This document shows, piece after piece, positions 12,316 through 24,077 of a DNA stretch of 64,000 nt (position 1 is its first letter; each line of letters opens with the position of its first letter). Origin of the DNA: Fonticula alba ATCC 38817 (lineage: Eukaryota; Protista; Nucleariida); the NCBI GenBank assembly GCA_000388065.2, contig KB932201.1; one strand, written 5' to 3'. Made by a program: the position numbers and the translations under genes. The notes below the pieces were generated by a model. That model ran no database searches and had not been told where the DNA came from. It worked only from the letters and a program-made list of their open reading frames with translations.

Positions 12316-14508
12316 CGCGCCCCTTTTCTCGCTCTTTCCTTCCGGCTGCTCCGTTCACGCTGGCTGACCCTTCCAATTGCCTTCGCGATGCAGCAATTGT
12401 GTCGAGCTCATCCATTCGATGCTGCGTTTCTCTGCCGAGAGCCCGATCCTGGAGCCCATCTTCCTGGAAAAGAGCCTCACCCTGTATCGCGACGCATTGC
12501 GCCTGATCAATACGGTACGAGCACAGGCTTTGCCATTGCCCGGCACACGCACGGACGCACGTGCACCCACGCCCTTTTCCGAGGCACTCACATCCCTTTG
12601 CACGCCGTCCCTCGGTTGTAGCCGCTGTTCGAGCTTCCCGGCGCGGTGGACATGCTGAATGACTTTGTAAAGTGCCACACCCTGTCGGGGGATCCCAAGC
12701 TGCGTGTGCTGGCCTTCGAGTCCTATGGCGCGGCGGCCCTGCTGGATGTGCACCTGGCGACGGAAATGTTCGCCAGCTTTGCCGAGCTGGCCCGTGCCAC
12801 CGAGGAGTCCATTGAGGCTCGGCAGACCGGTGTATTCGCCTGCTTTGACATTTTGCTGACGCATCGAGATGCACTGGTGCACCCGCCATCGTATGCTCCG
12901 GCGGTCGAGGACAGTGGCGAAACCAATGGCCTGCTCTCGGACGGTGCTGCCGGGGCTGACCAGAATGTTGTCAGTGTGCAGAATCCCTTCCTGGACATGC
13001 TGCATTTGTTTGAGACCCTGTACGACGAGTACCACCACCAGTCGGAGGGGATTCCCGAGCTGGCGCGGGGGTCGTACACGGCGCAGGACACCCTCGTCCG
13101 GCATCCTGACACCCAAGCATCGCCGCTGGCACTGGAGCGGTATGATCGGCGGGTGGCCCTGGCCGAGGGAATCCCCGCGCGGGAACTCTGCAATGCCACG
13201 GCCCAGGGCCTATGTCGTGTGTTTGCCTGGGATGTGGTTGGCGAGGCGGCCCTGCCCCTGTTTGCCACCATCATCGCGCGCCTGCTGGAGTTGGCACAGC
13301 ACACGCACCCCCTGGCAAGCTTGGCCAGCCTGGCGGGTGATTCGGTGGGCACTTTGGCCGAGTCGGCGGCCCCCAAGCGCCGCACCGCGCGTGGGCGCAA
13401 ACGTGCCACCGAAGCCGACGACACCCTGGAAGCCGGGCCCGAGGTCAAGGGCGAGGATGTGCCGGCTGGAGGTGCACCTGTGGCCCCGGCCGATGGCGTG
13501 CCCGGGTCGAAGCTTCCCCCGGTGGATGGTCTTGTCCTGTTCACGGATAAGACTCGCAGGTGGCTGTCCTCCGTGTCGAGCGAGGTGGCTCTCCTGCTGC
13601 CGGCGGTGCCGGGCCCAACCGGGACGGCTCGGGGTCGGGGCCGCGCGGGTCGGCGCGTGACGCGCCCGGCGGCCGAAACCCAGGCCGCCATCGCTGCCGC
13701 TGAAGCCGAAGCCATCGAGGCTGCTGCCGCCACACCAGGCCCGGAACCCACGACAGAGTTGGCCGTTGCTGCCACACCGGTCCCCGCGAGCCGGGATGTC
13801 AGCCATCGACCGCGCCCGGCCACTGCAGGCATGCCCGGCGAATCGCCTGCTCCCGGGGCTGGATCTGTCCCTCGTGTTCCGCCGACCCCACGGTCTGGCG
13901 CCATTGCGCCGGTTCCCCTGTCGCCCATGTCGGCCAGCATGTCGGCCACTTCGCCGCCGCGGCCGGGGTCCGGCGGCTTCCCGGCTCCAGGTCGACTGTC
14001 CTTCGGAATGGCGGACCTATCACCGATCATCGGGGGCAGTGCCGGCGGACAATCGCCCTTCCGCCTGGATCACCACTCCTTGGACCAGCCAATGTCGCCG
14101 TCGGCCGTGGCAGCGGCTCTGGCTGGTGGAGCCCCTCTGCGGCCAGCCTCTCCCCTGGCTGGCGGCTCGAGTGATCCCCGGCGGCCGAGCGGGCTGGCAT
14201 CATCTTTGGGCATGGCGGTCCCACCGTCCCCGGTCCCGGCGGGTGGGGCCACGCCCTCTCGACGTGTGGGTGCCTCGGATTCGGCGACCGACCTTCACAT
14301 GATGCTGCACCCGGGCCCGGGAGCGGCGCCGGCGAGTCCGACGACCAAGCGCGGCCGGCTGTCCGACCGGGCGGCCGCCCTAGTGGCCGATCCTTCGGAT
14401 GATGGGGGAGCTCCCATTGACCCGGCGACTGACGAGGATGACGAGAACAATGAGCTGTCCCCGGCGAGCGGCACGCGCACGCGCAAGCGGCCGCGCCTCT
14501 CCGAGTAA
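9477..14508 (+). CDS. YCG1: Condensin I HEAT subunit CAP-G (Ycg1/Cnd3/NCAPG), multi-exon
   Basis: Motifs: EASVERLVKLF, LLRGVDSRNKLIRFRICQL, R-TNDVDSLVRIQSV, DQSGSVRKAVL...ERSRDVDPRVRRYLF, QRVVLLGNGLRDQDETIRKAC, then a Cnd3-like region (VKSMCKL, LRVLAFE, ACFDILLTH). The C-terminus is a basic NLS-like RTRKRPRLSE*. Confidence 0.92.
12269..12321. repeat. Compound (TC)n(GC)10 microsatellite in a condensin intron
   Basis: Read directly. Confidence 0.9.
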
Positions 14509-14776
14509 GCGCCCCCCCCCCCACCCAACCCCCCGCCCATACCGGGGATTGGTTTCCTCTGGCGCCGGGTGGAGACTGACCGGCCCAATGCACCCATGGC
14601 CTTTTCCCATGTGTTTCTGGTGTGTCATTCCTCCACGAGACTTGGGCTGGAGGAGGCGTGCAGGCTGCTGAGAGGGAAGAGGGCGAGAGATGAGGAGACA
14701 GGTGCGGGGGGTGGGGGAGGAGGACGAACGAAAAAAAAAATGATGGTGGCATATGTTTATTTGCTACTCTCCTGGG

Positions 14777-14817
<41 letters not shown>

Positions 14818-14845
14818 AGACCACTGGAGGGATAATCCAGGTGGC

Positions 14846-17800
14846 TCACTTCTCGGATGGCTGAGGGCCAAAGCAAAGCGTGCCAGTCACGACCAACTGG
14901 CCGTCGGCAGTGAAGCTCACCCCGGGGGCCTGCTCGACGGAGACCGGGATATTGGCCTGGGAAATGGGGAGTCGCGTAGTGGAGGAGGCACCGGCACGGG
15001 CGGCGACCGCGACGGCACCCGCCACCACCGGCGCCTTGCTCGGGGCAAGGCCCATGGTGATGTGCGGCGCCCGGTTGCTGAAGGTCCAGCCAGCCTGCAG
15101 GGCATCTGGCAGGGCCACGCAGAAGGCCCCGGCCTGCTTGGGATCCAGGGCCAGGAGGTCCACGGTGAGCGCAACCTTGATGGGCGTGGTCGGGGCGCCA
15201 GCCGCCGCATGGAAGTCACGGATGGCCTGCAACATGCGACTCTCGGCAGTCGGCTTGGCCGGCGGGGTGTCTGTGTTTGTGACGAAGGGGGGGGGGGGAG
15301 GGGAGGGGGATCCCGGCAAGAGGGGGAGAGGAGCCAGAAACGCGAGGTGAGAAGTGATATTCAGGAGATGGGTGGAAAACTCGGGGGGGGAGGGGGGGGG
15401 CGTGTGTGCGCGTGCATGCGAAGGCGGACAACGAAGGCGGACAAACGTACACTTGTTTCCCAGGAAGACAAGCGTCACATGGAAGAGAGAGACATCGCGC
15501 GGCGGCAGGCTGGAGAGAAGGTCCTTCGGCGTCATGTCGGAATACAGCTGATGCAGGAAGCGCGACACCCCCTTGTCCAGGAGAATCTGCAAGTACAGCG
15601 GATGCCCGGGCTTGTGCCAGCCGATGGACTGCATGAACGGGTCCTCCGGGAGAGAGTCAGCGATCTTGGCATCGGCCAGCTGCTCGGCCAGACGACCAAG
15701 CGCCTCGTCATCGGCCTGGGGAGGGCATGCGGCGGCAGCCGCCTGGGTGGCCGTCGCAATGAAAGCCGCCGTCAGCCCGGCCAGCGGGGCAAAGACCATG
15801 TCCTTGGAAGAGGCGTCGACCCCGGGACGGTGCGCCAGCGGCTGGAGAGTCCGCAAAATGTGCCCCAGGACCTCGGCCACCGGAGCCCCATACGGGACCG
15901 GGAGGCACTCGTCAAAGAGGAGACCATCCTGCCCAAAGCGCCCAGTCGTCAGGGGAGTGCTCTCCGGGGAAAGGTCAAAGACCGAATGCCCCCCGACCCC
16001 GGTGGCGGCCTGCACAGCGGCGAGAAGCCCAAGATCCGGACGCTCATACTCCTGGCCAAAGCGAGCCACCACGGCCCGGCGCTTGGCGAAGGGCATGGCA
16101 TCGAGCGAGGCATTCTCCTCGTTGCGACGCGTCACAAGGTTCTTCAGAGAGTGCTCCAGCAGGTCGGTCCCCTCGGCGAAGGCCCCGGCATCCGGCAAAC
16201 GCCCGGGGGCCAGGAGAACAAGCAGCGCATCCGGGGCCACGCGCCGGACCAGCTGCACAACCGCCCCACGGTGAGCCAGGGTGTGGTTGTTCCGATCGAT
16301 GATCAGCACCTGCGGCTGAGCGGTCACCGGACGGCTGAGGGCCTCGGTCAGCCGGGCGAAGAAGCGCTCGCGCTTTCCATTGCACATGTCCTGACTGATG
16401 CGCTCAACCTTCGGCGCGCCAGACAACCGAGGCAGGGTCTCGGCCAGCCAGTCGCCGATGGTGGACTTGCCGATGCCCGGGACACCCTGCATGACCAGGA
16501 CCAGGCGCCGGCCACGCGCCAGGCGCCCCTCGCGGGCGGTCTTCAACGCCTCGCCGAGGGCCGAGTGGAAGGCCGGCACATCCAATGCGGCAGCCGTCAG
16601 GGGCTCCGAAGCCAGCAGGTCCGCCACCGACACGGTCGGCTGCGACTCCAGCGTCTGCAGCTGGGCAAACACCTGGTTGGCCAGGTCCTCCGTGCGAGCA
16701 GCAGCCTTCATGGACCCAGTCGGCAGGGTGACCGACAGACGGGTCAGACGCGGGATGGCGGGCGACTTGGCAGCCAGCCCGGCCGCCTTGGCCGCCATGG
16801 CCAGGGCATCGGGCACCCCCTCGACAAGGGCGGTAAACTGCCCAGCCGGCAGGACAGCCTCCGACCGGTCAAAGGTGACGCGACAGGCAGCGCTCAGGGA
16901 ATCGGCACGAGTGTTCGGATCCACCGTGGGAGACACAAGGAAGATGTGCCGCAGGGGGATGTCCTTAAGCGACCCCATGAGGGCCTTGAGGAAGGGCGCC
17001 AAATGCTGAGCATCCACCGGGGCCAGGACCGTGGGGTTGGTGAAGACACCGCCGGTGGCCCGGCGCGAGGTGCCGGTGGTGACCACCTTGCTGACATCGG
17101 CCGCCTGGAGGATGTGCCCCGGGGCCTTGTCCGTGGTCCGGGGAAGGACGACCGCATTGGCCGGGTTCAGGTGCAGCTTCCGGGCCAGATCCGCGGCAAC
17201 ATGCTCCGATAGCTTCTGCCCGGGCGTGGTAATCACCAGGAGGACCGTGGGGGTGGGGATCTGCGGGCCGATGGTGCTCTGCTCGCCGGGGGTCAGGCTG
17301 GAATTGATGTCGGTCATGTCATTGGCCCCGGTGGCACGGTAAAAGATGTTCCGCAGATCGACAATGCTGAGGGACTGCTGCAGGAGGGTGATGGAATCCG
17401 AGCGCCGGGGGGAAGTTTGGGACAGAAGACGCCGAGTGGACAGCGAAAGGTAGGGCTCCGAACGGGCAATTTCCAGGATGGCCGCGTGGTTGTCGCGGAT
17501 GTAGTCGAAGAAGGACCGAATCAGCGCCGGCTCCTTGGCCATGGTGGCCTTGTAGCGGCTGGCGATGCGCTCCGGCGGGTTCGGCTGGGCGAACCCCTGC
17601 TGCACCAGCGACCGCGCGCGCTTCCAAACATTGTAGTAGTTGGACTTGAGCTTGATCATGAAGCCGCTGCTGTCCTCCACCACCAGGCCCTCGGTCGGAA
17701 GCCCCACATGATATGTGGATGCCGAGCCATCGCCCATGGAGAAGGGCTCCAGCGAGTAGAGCAAATGCTCTCCGCGCCCGGGCAGGCCGGGATCAACGCG

Positions 17801-18141
17801 TGCCCCGGGGCCCGGGGCCGGGCACCGGAAGAAGTAGTCATGATTCGCCTGGCGAGTGAAGGAGGCATAGGTATCCCAGTCGGGCAGAATGGCCAGAGGG
17901 GTCTTCAGCCGCAGGCCGAACTCCACGGCGAAGGCCCGGGTCTCCTCGAAAGGCAGGCGCAGCTCGGCACGGTCGGCCAGGTTGTTCCGGATCAGGTCCA
18001 GGAGGATGACATGCCCGACGTTGGTGTAGCCCGGCACATCGTAGTCGACGATGTGCGGATCGAGGACCGGATCGACAATCTCGAAAACTGCGCTGCACCC
18101 GAGCTCGTGGATGCGGCGAACATAGTCAACCTGATGAATGG

Positions 18142-18189
<48 letters not shown>

Positions 18190-19332
18190 GATGGGGGGGG
18201 GGAGAGAGAGAGATGCAGTCGTGTCAGAGGAACGGTGTCTTGGCGAAGGCCCGAGGGAGGACCATTGCGAAAGGGGGAGCGAGGGAATGGGGCGCACCAG
18301 CGTCTTGCCCGCGGCGAGCAGGGTCTGGTGGAGGAGCTCGCGGAAGCGCCCAGCAAAGGGACCGGTGATGACGGACTTGCTGGTGGTTTCCAGGTAGATC
18401 TCATCATCAAGCACATGGGCAGGGGCCGGGACAACGCCGCGACCGGCGAAAAAGTCGCGCGCGGTGGCCCGATCAAGGTCGTCCAGCTCGCGGAGCTCGC
18501 GCGCCCCGTCGCCGGGGGAGAAGTGCGCCGGCAGGGGCCGGGTGGCGGATGCGCGCAAACGCGGGAACGACACACCAAAGTAGCCGTTGGACTTCTCGAG
18601 CACCGTGCACGGGAAGGTCAGACGCTGGCGAACCTGCTCGGTAGCCATGAAGGGGATGCCGCGCTCATTCTCATAGAAGAACTTGGCATACCCACGCCCA
18701 GAGACGGCGACCGCGACATTCGACTGCCGGAAGGACGCCTTCAGGGCGCTCTGTGCCTTGGTCATGCGGGCCCGGCGCGAAGTGGAAACCACCTCCGCAG
18801 ACGGGGCACCCTCATCCTGACCCTCATCGTCAGAGCCATCCAGCTCGGACCCGGACTCGGTGGCGGTGTCCGCGGCCTTGGCAGCCGAGGCCGGAGCCGG
18901 AGTCGGCGCCAGGCCCGGGCACACTTCCGGCAGCAGCTCCACGAAGAGACCACGAGCGCGCACACTGTCATCATCGTAACGCGAGCCGAAGAAGGCCTGC
19001 TCGGAGATGTTGGCACTGAAGAGCCCGCGCGGGAGCTGCTTGATGTTGACATCCGGATGCATCATGATCCGGCGCAGGGCCACCGAGTCGGGCTCCGTCT
19101 CGGAGTTGGGCGGGGCCTCCGACAAGAAGGAGCTCGGCGCATTGGACCGACGGACCCGGCGTCCGGCAGCGGGGGCCTGATTGACTTGAGTGTCGGCGGT
19201 GGCGGGAGAGGGGGCGCCAGCAGGGGGCTGGGCGACGGAGGATCCAGTGTCGGCGGCAGTGGCCTTGGCGCGGCCCTTGCCACGGCGCTTCTTACCCTTG
19301 CTGGCGGCAGCCACGGTGGAGGTAGAAGTCAT
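14846..19332 (-). CDS. Trifunctional RNA-repair enzyme: ATP-dependent RNA ligase + P-loop polynucleotide kinase + 2H phosphodiesterase (Trl1-like order), 1379 aa
   Basis: Exons 18298-19332, 15451-18130 and 14846-15270 total 4140 nt and join in frame. Ligase motifs: ARGLF, RGYAKFF, EKSNG (I), TSKS (Ia), FEIVDPVLDPHIVDY (III), LLDLIRN (IIIa), EGLVVED (IV), MIKLKS (V). Kinase motifs: GVPGIGKST, SQD, IDRNNH. Two HxT motifs: FHVTL and PHITM. Confidence 0.9.
18143..18184. repeat. (GGAGCA)7 tandem repeat in the RNA ligase intron
   Basis: Read directly. On the transcribed strand it is (TGCTCC)7, next to the 3' splice site. Confidence 0.95.
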
Positions 19333-21022
19333 GTCGGTAGATGGAAAGCGAGGAGTGAGGCGTAGATGTTGGGGAAGGAGGAGGAGAACGACGGGCAGAG
19401 GCCAGGGAGAGTGATCAGCAGTCGCGCGTGGGCCCGTATGAGTGAGTGTGTGTGTGTATGTGTACGTGTGGGGAAACTCTGATTCGGCCGTTCTGCCGGC
19501 GGGATCCCCGGCAGGGTCGCACAAAATGCGTGGACAGCCGCGGGTAAACATTCTACTCCTTCCTGGGTCACAGCCCCCCTCCCCTCTCGCCACCCCGCGC
19601 AGACACACACCCGCACACGCACATGCGCGCGGGAAAGAGGCGCTGGCAGCCGGCCCCCTGGATTGTGTGTGGGGGGGAGGGGCGGGCGGAAGCCGCCTAC
19701 CAGTGTGGCGGTCCACCAAAGGGAGCCCCCCCTTGCCGATGCGTGTTTGCCGGGGTCGACCTTTCATCCATCTCGCCAATCGGTGCGGGAAGAACGGCAC
19801 CTTGGAGACTGTCTTGCCAATGATCTCAGCAGCGGGGTTTCCCTTGCCCCGGTTGGTCGCCGCGGGCCTGGACCCGGCGTACAGGCCCCGGTGGAGGACC
19901 AAATGTTCCCAATCAGGCGCCGGCCGATTCGGGGACCCAAAATGCAGGGGCTCTATTGTGGACCAGGGCCCGGCGGGGCTGGGAGGCGAGGGCCTTGCGG
20001 TTGGAGAATGGAGCACCAAAACGAGGGGAACACCGCGGCTCCTCGGATCGAAATTACCTTCGAGTTGCGCAATTGAACACACGCCCCAGGCGTCCGATGA
20101 AGGTACTACTCGAGGCTAGCGCACAAGAGAAGGGGCTGTAAGTCCCTTCCCCCCCCCTGCCTTTCACCCTTGGTGGGGCCATCCAGCTGCACACCCAACG
20201 GGGGTGACAAAGAGAAATCGTCCCGCGCGCAGCGCCCCCCCCCCCCCCCCCCCCCCCCCCCCTCGCCCGGGAGACCTCTCGGTGAGGCCCACCCACTGAC
20301 GCTCACACGGTGGCGATCGGACCCCGGGGCCTCATCCTGCCGCCAACCGGCCAGCTTCCGGCTTCGCGGGGGAGGGGCATCCGGCTCCCCTTGTTGATTC
20401 GTGCAAATACTTCCCCGCAAGGCCCCGCCCTCCTGCGTTCAGGTCTCCCCAAAGGGGCCCCCTGCCCCTACGTGTGTATGGGTGCACCGGCCAGCCTGGA
20501 ACCCGCTTCATGCGCAGTCCCTGGCGAAAGGGGTGGCAGTTGGTGTCTTCTGGAAACAGGAGGACAAAGAACATGCGGATTTGACGTAAATCCATGCTAT
20601 GGACTAAATTTGCCCTGCAGAGCCCCGCGCGAACGTGTGGGGAGTGGGCACGAGGCATGCTTTCGTCCGGGTGATCAGTATGCTGCCATTACAAAGCCCG
20701 ATCGCTGATCGGGGTCACGGGGTATTCCGTTAGTGTATCGCCCCTCGGCGGTAGCTACGGCGTGCTCTGCGAGCGCATGTCGGCGTTTCTACATAGCCGC
20801 CTCTGGACGCCCCCCCCCCCCCCCCAGCGCATGACACACGATCCAGCCCACTCCGTCGGGCAATAAAATCTTCCCCGCAGGCCAGGAAACATGCCCGGCT
20901 CTCGCCCTCTGGCTCTGATGCTAATCAGAGGGCACGAGAGGGGCAAGCATGTGTGTGTGAGAGAGAGAGAGAGAGAGTGAGAGAGAGAGAGTGAGAGAGA
21001 GAGAGAGTGAGAGAGAGAGAGT

Positions 21023-21097
21023 NNNNNNNNNNNNNNNNNNNNNNNNNNNNNNNNNNNNNNNNNNNNNNNNNNNNNNNNNNNNNNNNNNNNNNNNNNN
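21023..21097. other. Assembly gap (N run) after a (GA)n tract
   Basis: N characters. Confidence 0.99.
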
Positions 21098-22089
21098 CCT
21101 CCCCCCGACCCGCACACACCCCAGGCCTCTCTCGCGGCCGACGCCATGTTGACAACACACTCCTCGCGAGGTGGCCCCAGCCTGCGCGCGCGCGCGCACC
21201 GCCAAGCATAGCTGCTCCTGCGGCTGTTGGGGCGCAATAAGGTGGGGCGGCTGTCGGTCTGGCCAGACACAGCATCTTGGAGGCATGCACCCCGCCATCA
21301 CCCGCCCTCCCTGCTGGCGGACTGGGTGGAGGCCTCCTGCAGGCCCCGCCGCGCGCCGGACGCACATGGGGGAACTTCGTGTCCGCGGCCACCCGCCCCC
21401 GCCGGGCGGCCGACATCCGCAGCCATAGTTCCAGGCGGGAGGCGGGTTCACGCACCGCGCCGGAGGAGGGAAGCCGCATCGTGCCTCAGGCGCCTCCTCT
21501 CCTGGTCCACTCTTTCGATGCTTCACGCCTCCCCCCCCCCCCCCTCGCCCTGTTGTGCCCCCCGAATGGCCGTGCGCTTGGGGGAGGGGCAGGGAGAGGG
21601 AGGCGCGGCGCGCCTTTCCTGGCGTATGAAGGTGGAGAAAAACACGACCCAGGGACCAGGGGCAGGCGGCCTCCGTTGGCGCGCCCCGCCCTCCCTCTGG
21701 ACGACCGCTTGGCTGATGCTCTCTCTTTCCCAAGCACGAGACAGACCACCGTATACAGACACAAGGCCACCAGGGAGGAGGGAGGAGAAAGAAGATGATG
21801 CGCCGCCCCCCGCCCCCCCCTCTCCCCCAAGCCCCCAGAGGACAAAGACGCATGGAGAGTAGAAAGGAATTCTTCAACCCATTTATTCGGAGCGCTGTAT
21901 GGTGTGTGTGTAGGAGTTTCCCACCGGGGTGAAACGGGACACGCGCAGAGAAACGAGCGCACACGGCGCGGACGCACTCAGAAGAGCACGGGCACGCATG
22001 CCGCGATCGCCACTGCAGACAGGCCGCCTCTCGAAGGAGAGAGGGGCGCGAGCCCCCCGCCGGCGGACGACAAGGAGAAACACAACCGC

Positions 22090-23669
22090 TTACTTGCGGA
22101 GCTTGCGGAGGTAGAAGTCGAGCTCGGCGCCCTCGAGGATGTAGCCGTCGCAGCGACCAACCTGGCCGGGGCGAGAGGAGATGCGAGCTGTGCACATATC
22201 GCGCGGGGGAGAGAGGAACAACGAAGAGAGAGAGGGGGAATCAGGGTCAGAAAGAGTGCATACGTATGGGCGCCCCCGCACGCGCAAGTGCGACACGAGA
22301 GAGAGAGAGAGAGAGGAGATGCTCATGGGGAAGGCACACGTACCGTACAGGCGACCGGTGTTGAACTGGTCGATGATGTCGGACTCGACGGTGGACTCGG
22401 CCTGGCGGGCGGCGAGCTGCTCCTCGGTGAGGGTGTCCTTCATGGCAGCGGGGGTGTAGTCGGCGCGGACGCGGCCGATGGTCTTGCCATAGTGGGACTC
22501 ATACCACTGGCGGAAGGGGGCGGCATCGACCTGGATGATGGAGCCCTTGACGAGGGTCTTGGTGCGGACGAGCTCGTTGTTGGTGGCGTTGTAGACGACA
22601 TCAACAACACGGACCTTCTTGGTGATGGCTGAGGAGGAGGAGGACAGCACACGCGTAGCATCAAGCAGGCAAGGGGAGGGAGAAGGGGGCAGAACAGGGA
22701 GGACAGGAGGCATATGTCAGGAGAACGGCCTCGCACATGAAAAGAATGACTCGAAAGAGAGAGAGAAGAAGCGAGTCCCGGCGGCGGATGCAAAACGGAG
22801 CAATGTGCATCCGACGACCGCCGGGAGAGTGCACGGAACAACACGCGCGCGCGAGAGAGAGAAAGAGGGAACAAGAGTTTCACGCACACTCGGAACCCCA
22901 AGAGAAGTTGCCCATATCGAGACGGAGGGCACGGAACTTGGTGTTGCCACCGCGGACGCGGACGGTGTGGACGCGAGAAGCACCAATCTTGGTCATGGAA
23001 GCCTGACGACCGAGCTCATGCTTACGCTTCTTGATGATGATGGGGCGCTTGCCACCGGTGTCGCGGCGCTTGTAGCGCGAAGCACGGGAGATACCTGAGA
23101 GAGACAGACAGGATGTTAGGACAGGAGAGGCGAGGGAGGCAAGGTGTGCCTCGAGAGAGAGAGAGAGAGGCAGAGAAAGGGAATCCCTCTTCCTGGAAAC
23201 AGGCGCGCGTCGTGTCCCGGTAGAATGCTAGCGTCCATGCACACACACACACACACAACATACGCGCACACCCACACACAAAGCCCACCAGGAGAGGAGA
23301 GCAGAGGTGCGAGAAGGCGAGGGAGAGATCTCCTCCGGCGACCGGCGCCGCTCCTTTGAGGAGAGGCGATTGGCGTGTGCGTGGATACACGTGTGTGTGT
23401 GTGTGTGCGACAGGCCGAACATGGAGAGGGAGCGGGGACGCTCGCGATCACCGAACCAACGCCCCACCCATCACGCTACCCATGGGGGGGCGGCAGAGAG
23501 AGAGAGGGAGAGTGGAGGGAGCACGCAGGCATGTCCCGTCCCAGTAGGGAGCCGAGCAGGCAGGAGGCGGCATCTGTGTCCAGGAAGGGAAGAGAACAGG
23601 CGAAGAGAGGGCAAAGGGGGGGGGAGGGGAGGGGAGAGGGGTAGGATGTCGGCCGGGGCACATACCCAT
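22090..23669 (-). CDS. RPS8: 40S ribosomal protein S8 (eS8); exons 23666-23669, 22888-23094, 22344-22628, 22090-22187
   Basis: Spliced translation [18 protein letters not shown]...[24 protein letters not shown]...[38 protein letters not shown]...[15 protein letters not shown]...*, with a 4-nt ATGG first exon. Confidence 0.98.
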
Positions 23670-23989
23670 CCTGATTAAATTTCCGAATGAAAGACAGCAA
23701 AGAAGTCGAACAAAGGGAAAATGGAGAGGACCCAACCTGAGGCAAGCGGGCTCACACAGGCCCCTCTCAAGAATTGCCCTCCCCCTCCCCACCCCTCCGA
23801 CCACCACCGGCGGGGGGAGGGGGGGGGCCGAAGCCCCGGGGCCCACCAGAGAGGCAGGACCCACGCACCCACCGCACGGGGGCGGGCGGGCGGAGGGGGG
23901 GGGAGACCGAGGGATGCCCCCAAGGGACGGGCATTGAAGCCGTCGCCGAGGGACAGCGCGTCACGCACCCCCACACACACACACACACA

Positions 23990-24038
23990 NNNNNNNNNNN
24001 NNNNNNNNNNNNNNNNNNNNNNNNNNNNNNNNNNNNNN
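23990..24038. other. Assembly gap between (CA)n and (GA)n tracts
   Basis: N characters. Confidence 0.99.

Positions 24039-24077
<39 letters not shown>

Noticed and set aside
14753-17212. 819-aa ORF antisense to the RNA ligase (likewise 32863-34779 over XPF and 12723-14030 over CAP-G)
   Set aside because: Shadow ORFs caused by stop-codon scarcity in GC-rich DNA; Arg/Gly/Pro-rich with no domains.
20670-20714. GTGATCA...CTGA with a small cccgatc/gatcggg hairpin
   Set aside because: Too short for a C/D snoRNA, and box C is imperfect.
23095-23665. Long ribosomal-protein introns (also 31127-31775) as snoRNA hosts
   Set aside because: No box C (RUGAUGA)/box D pair or H/ACA layout was seen on the sense strand; an Infernal scan would be needed.
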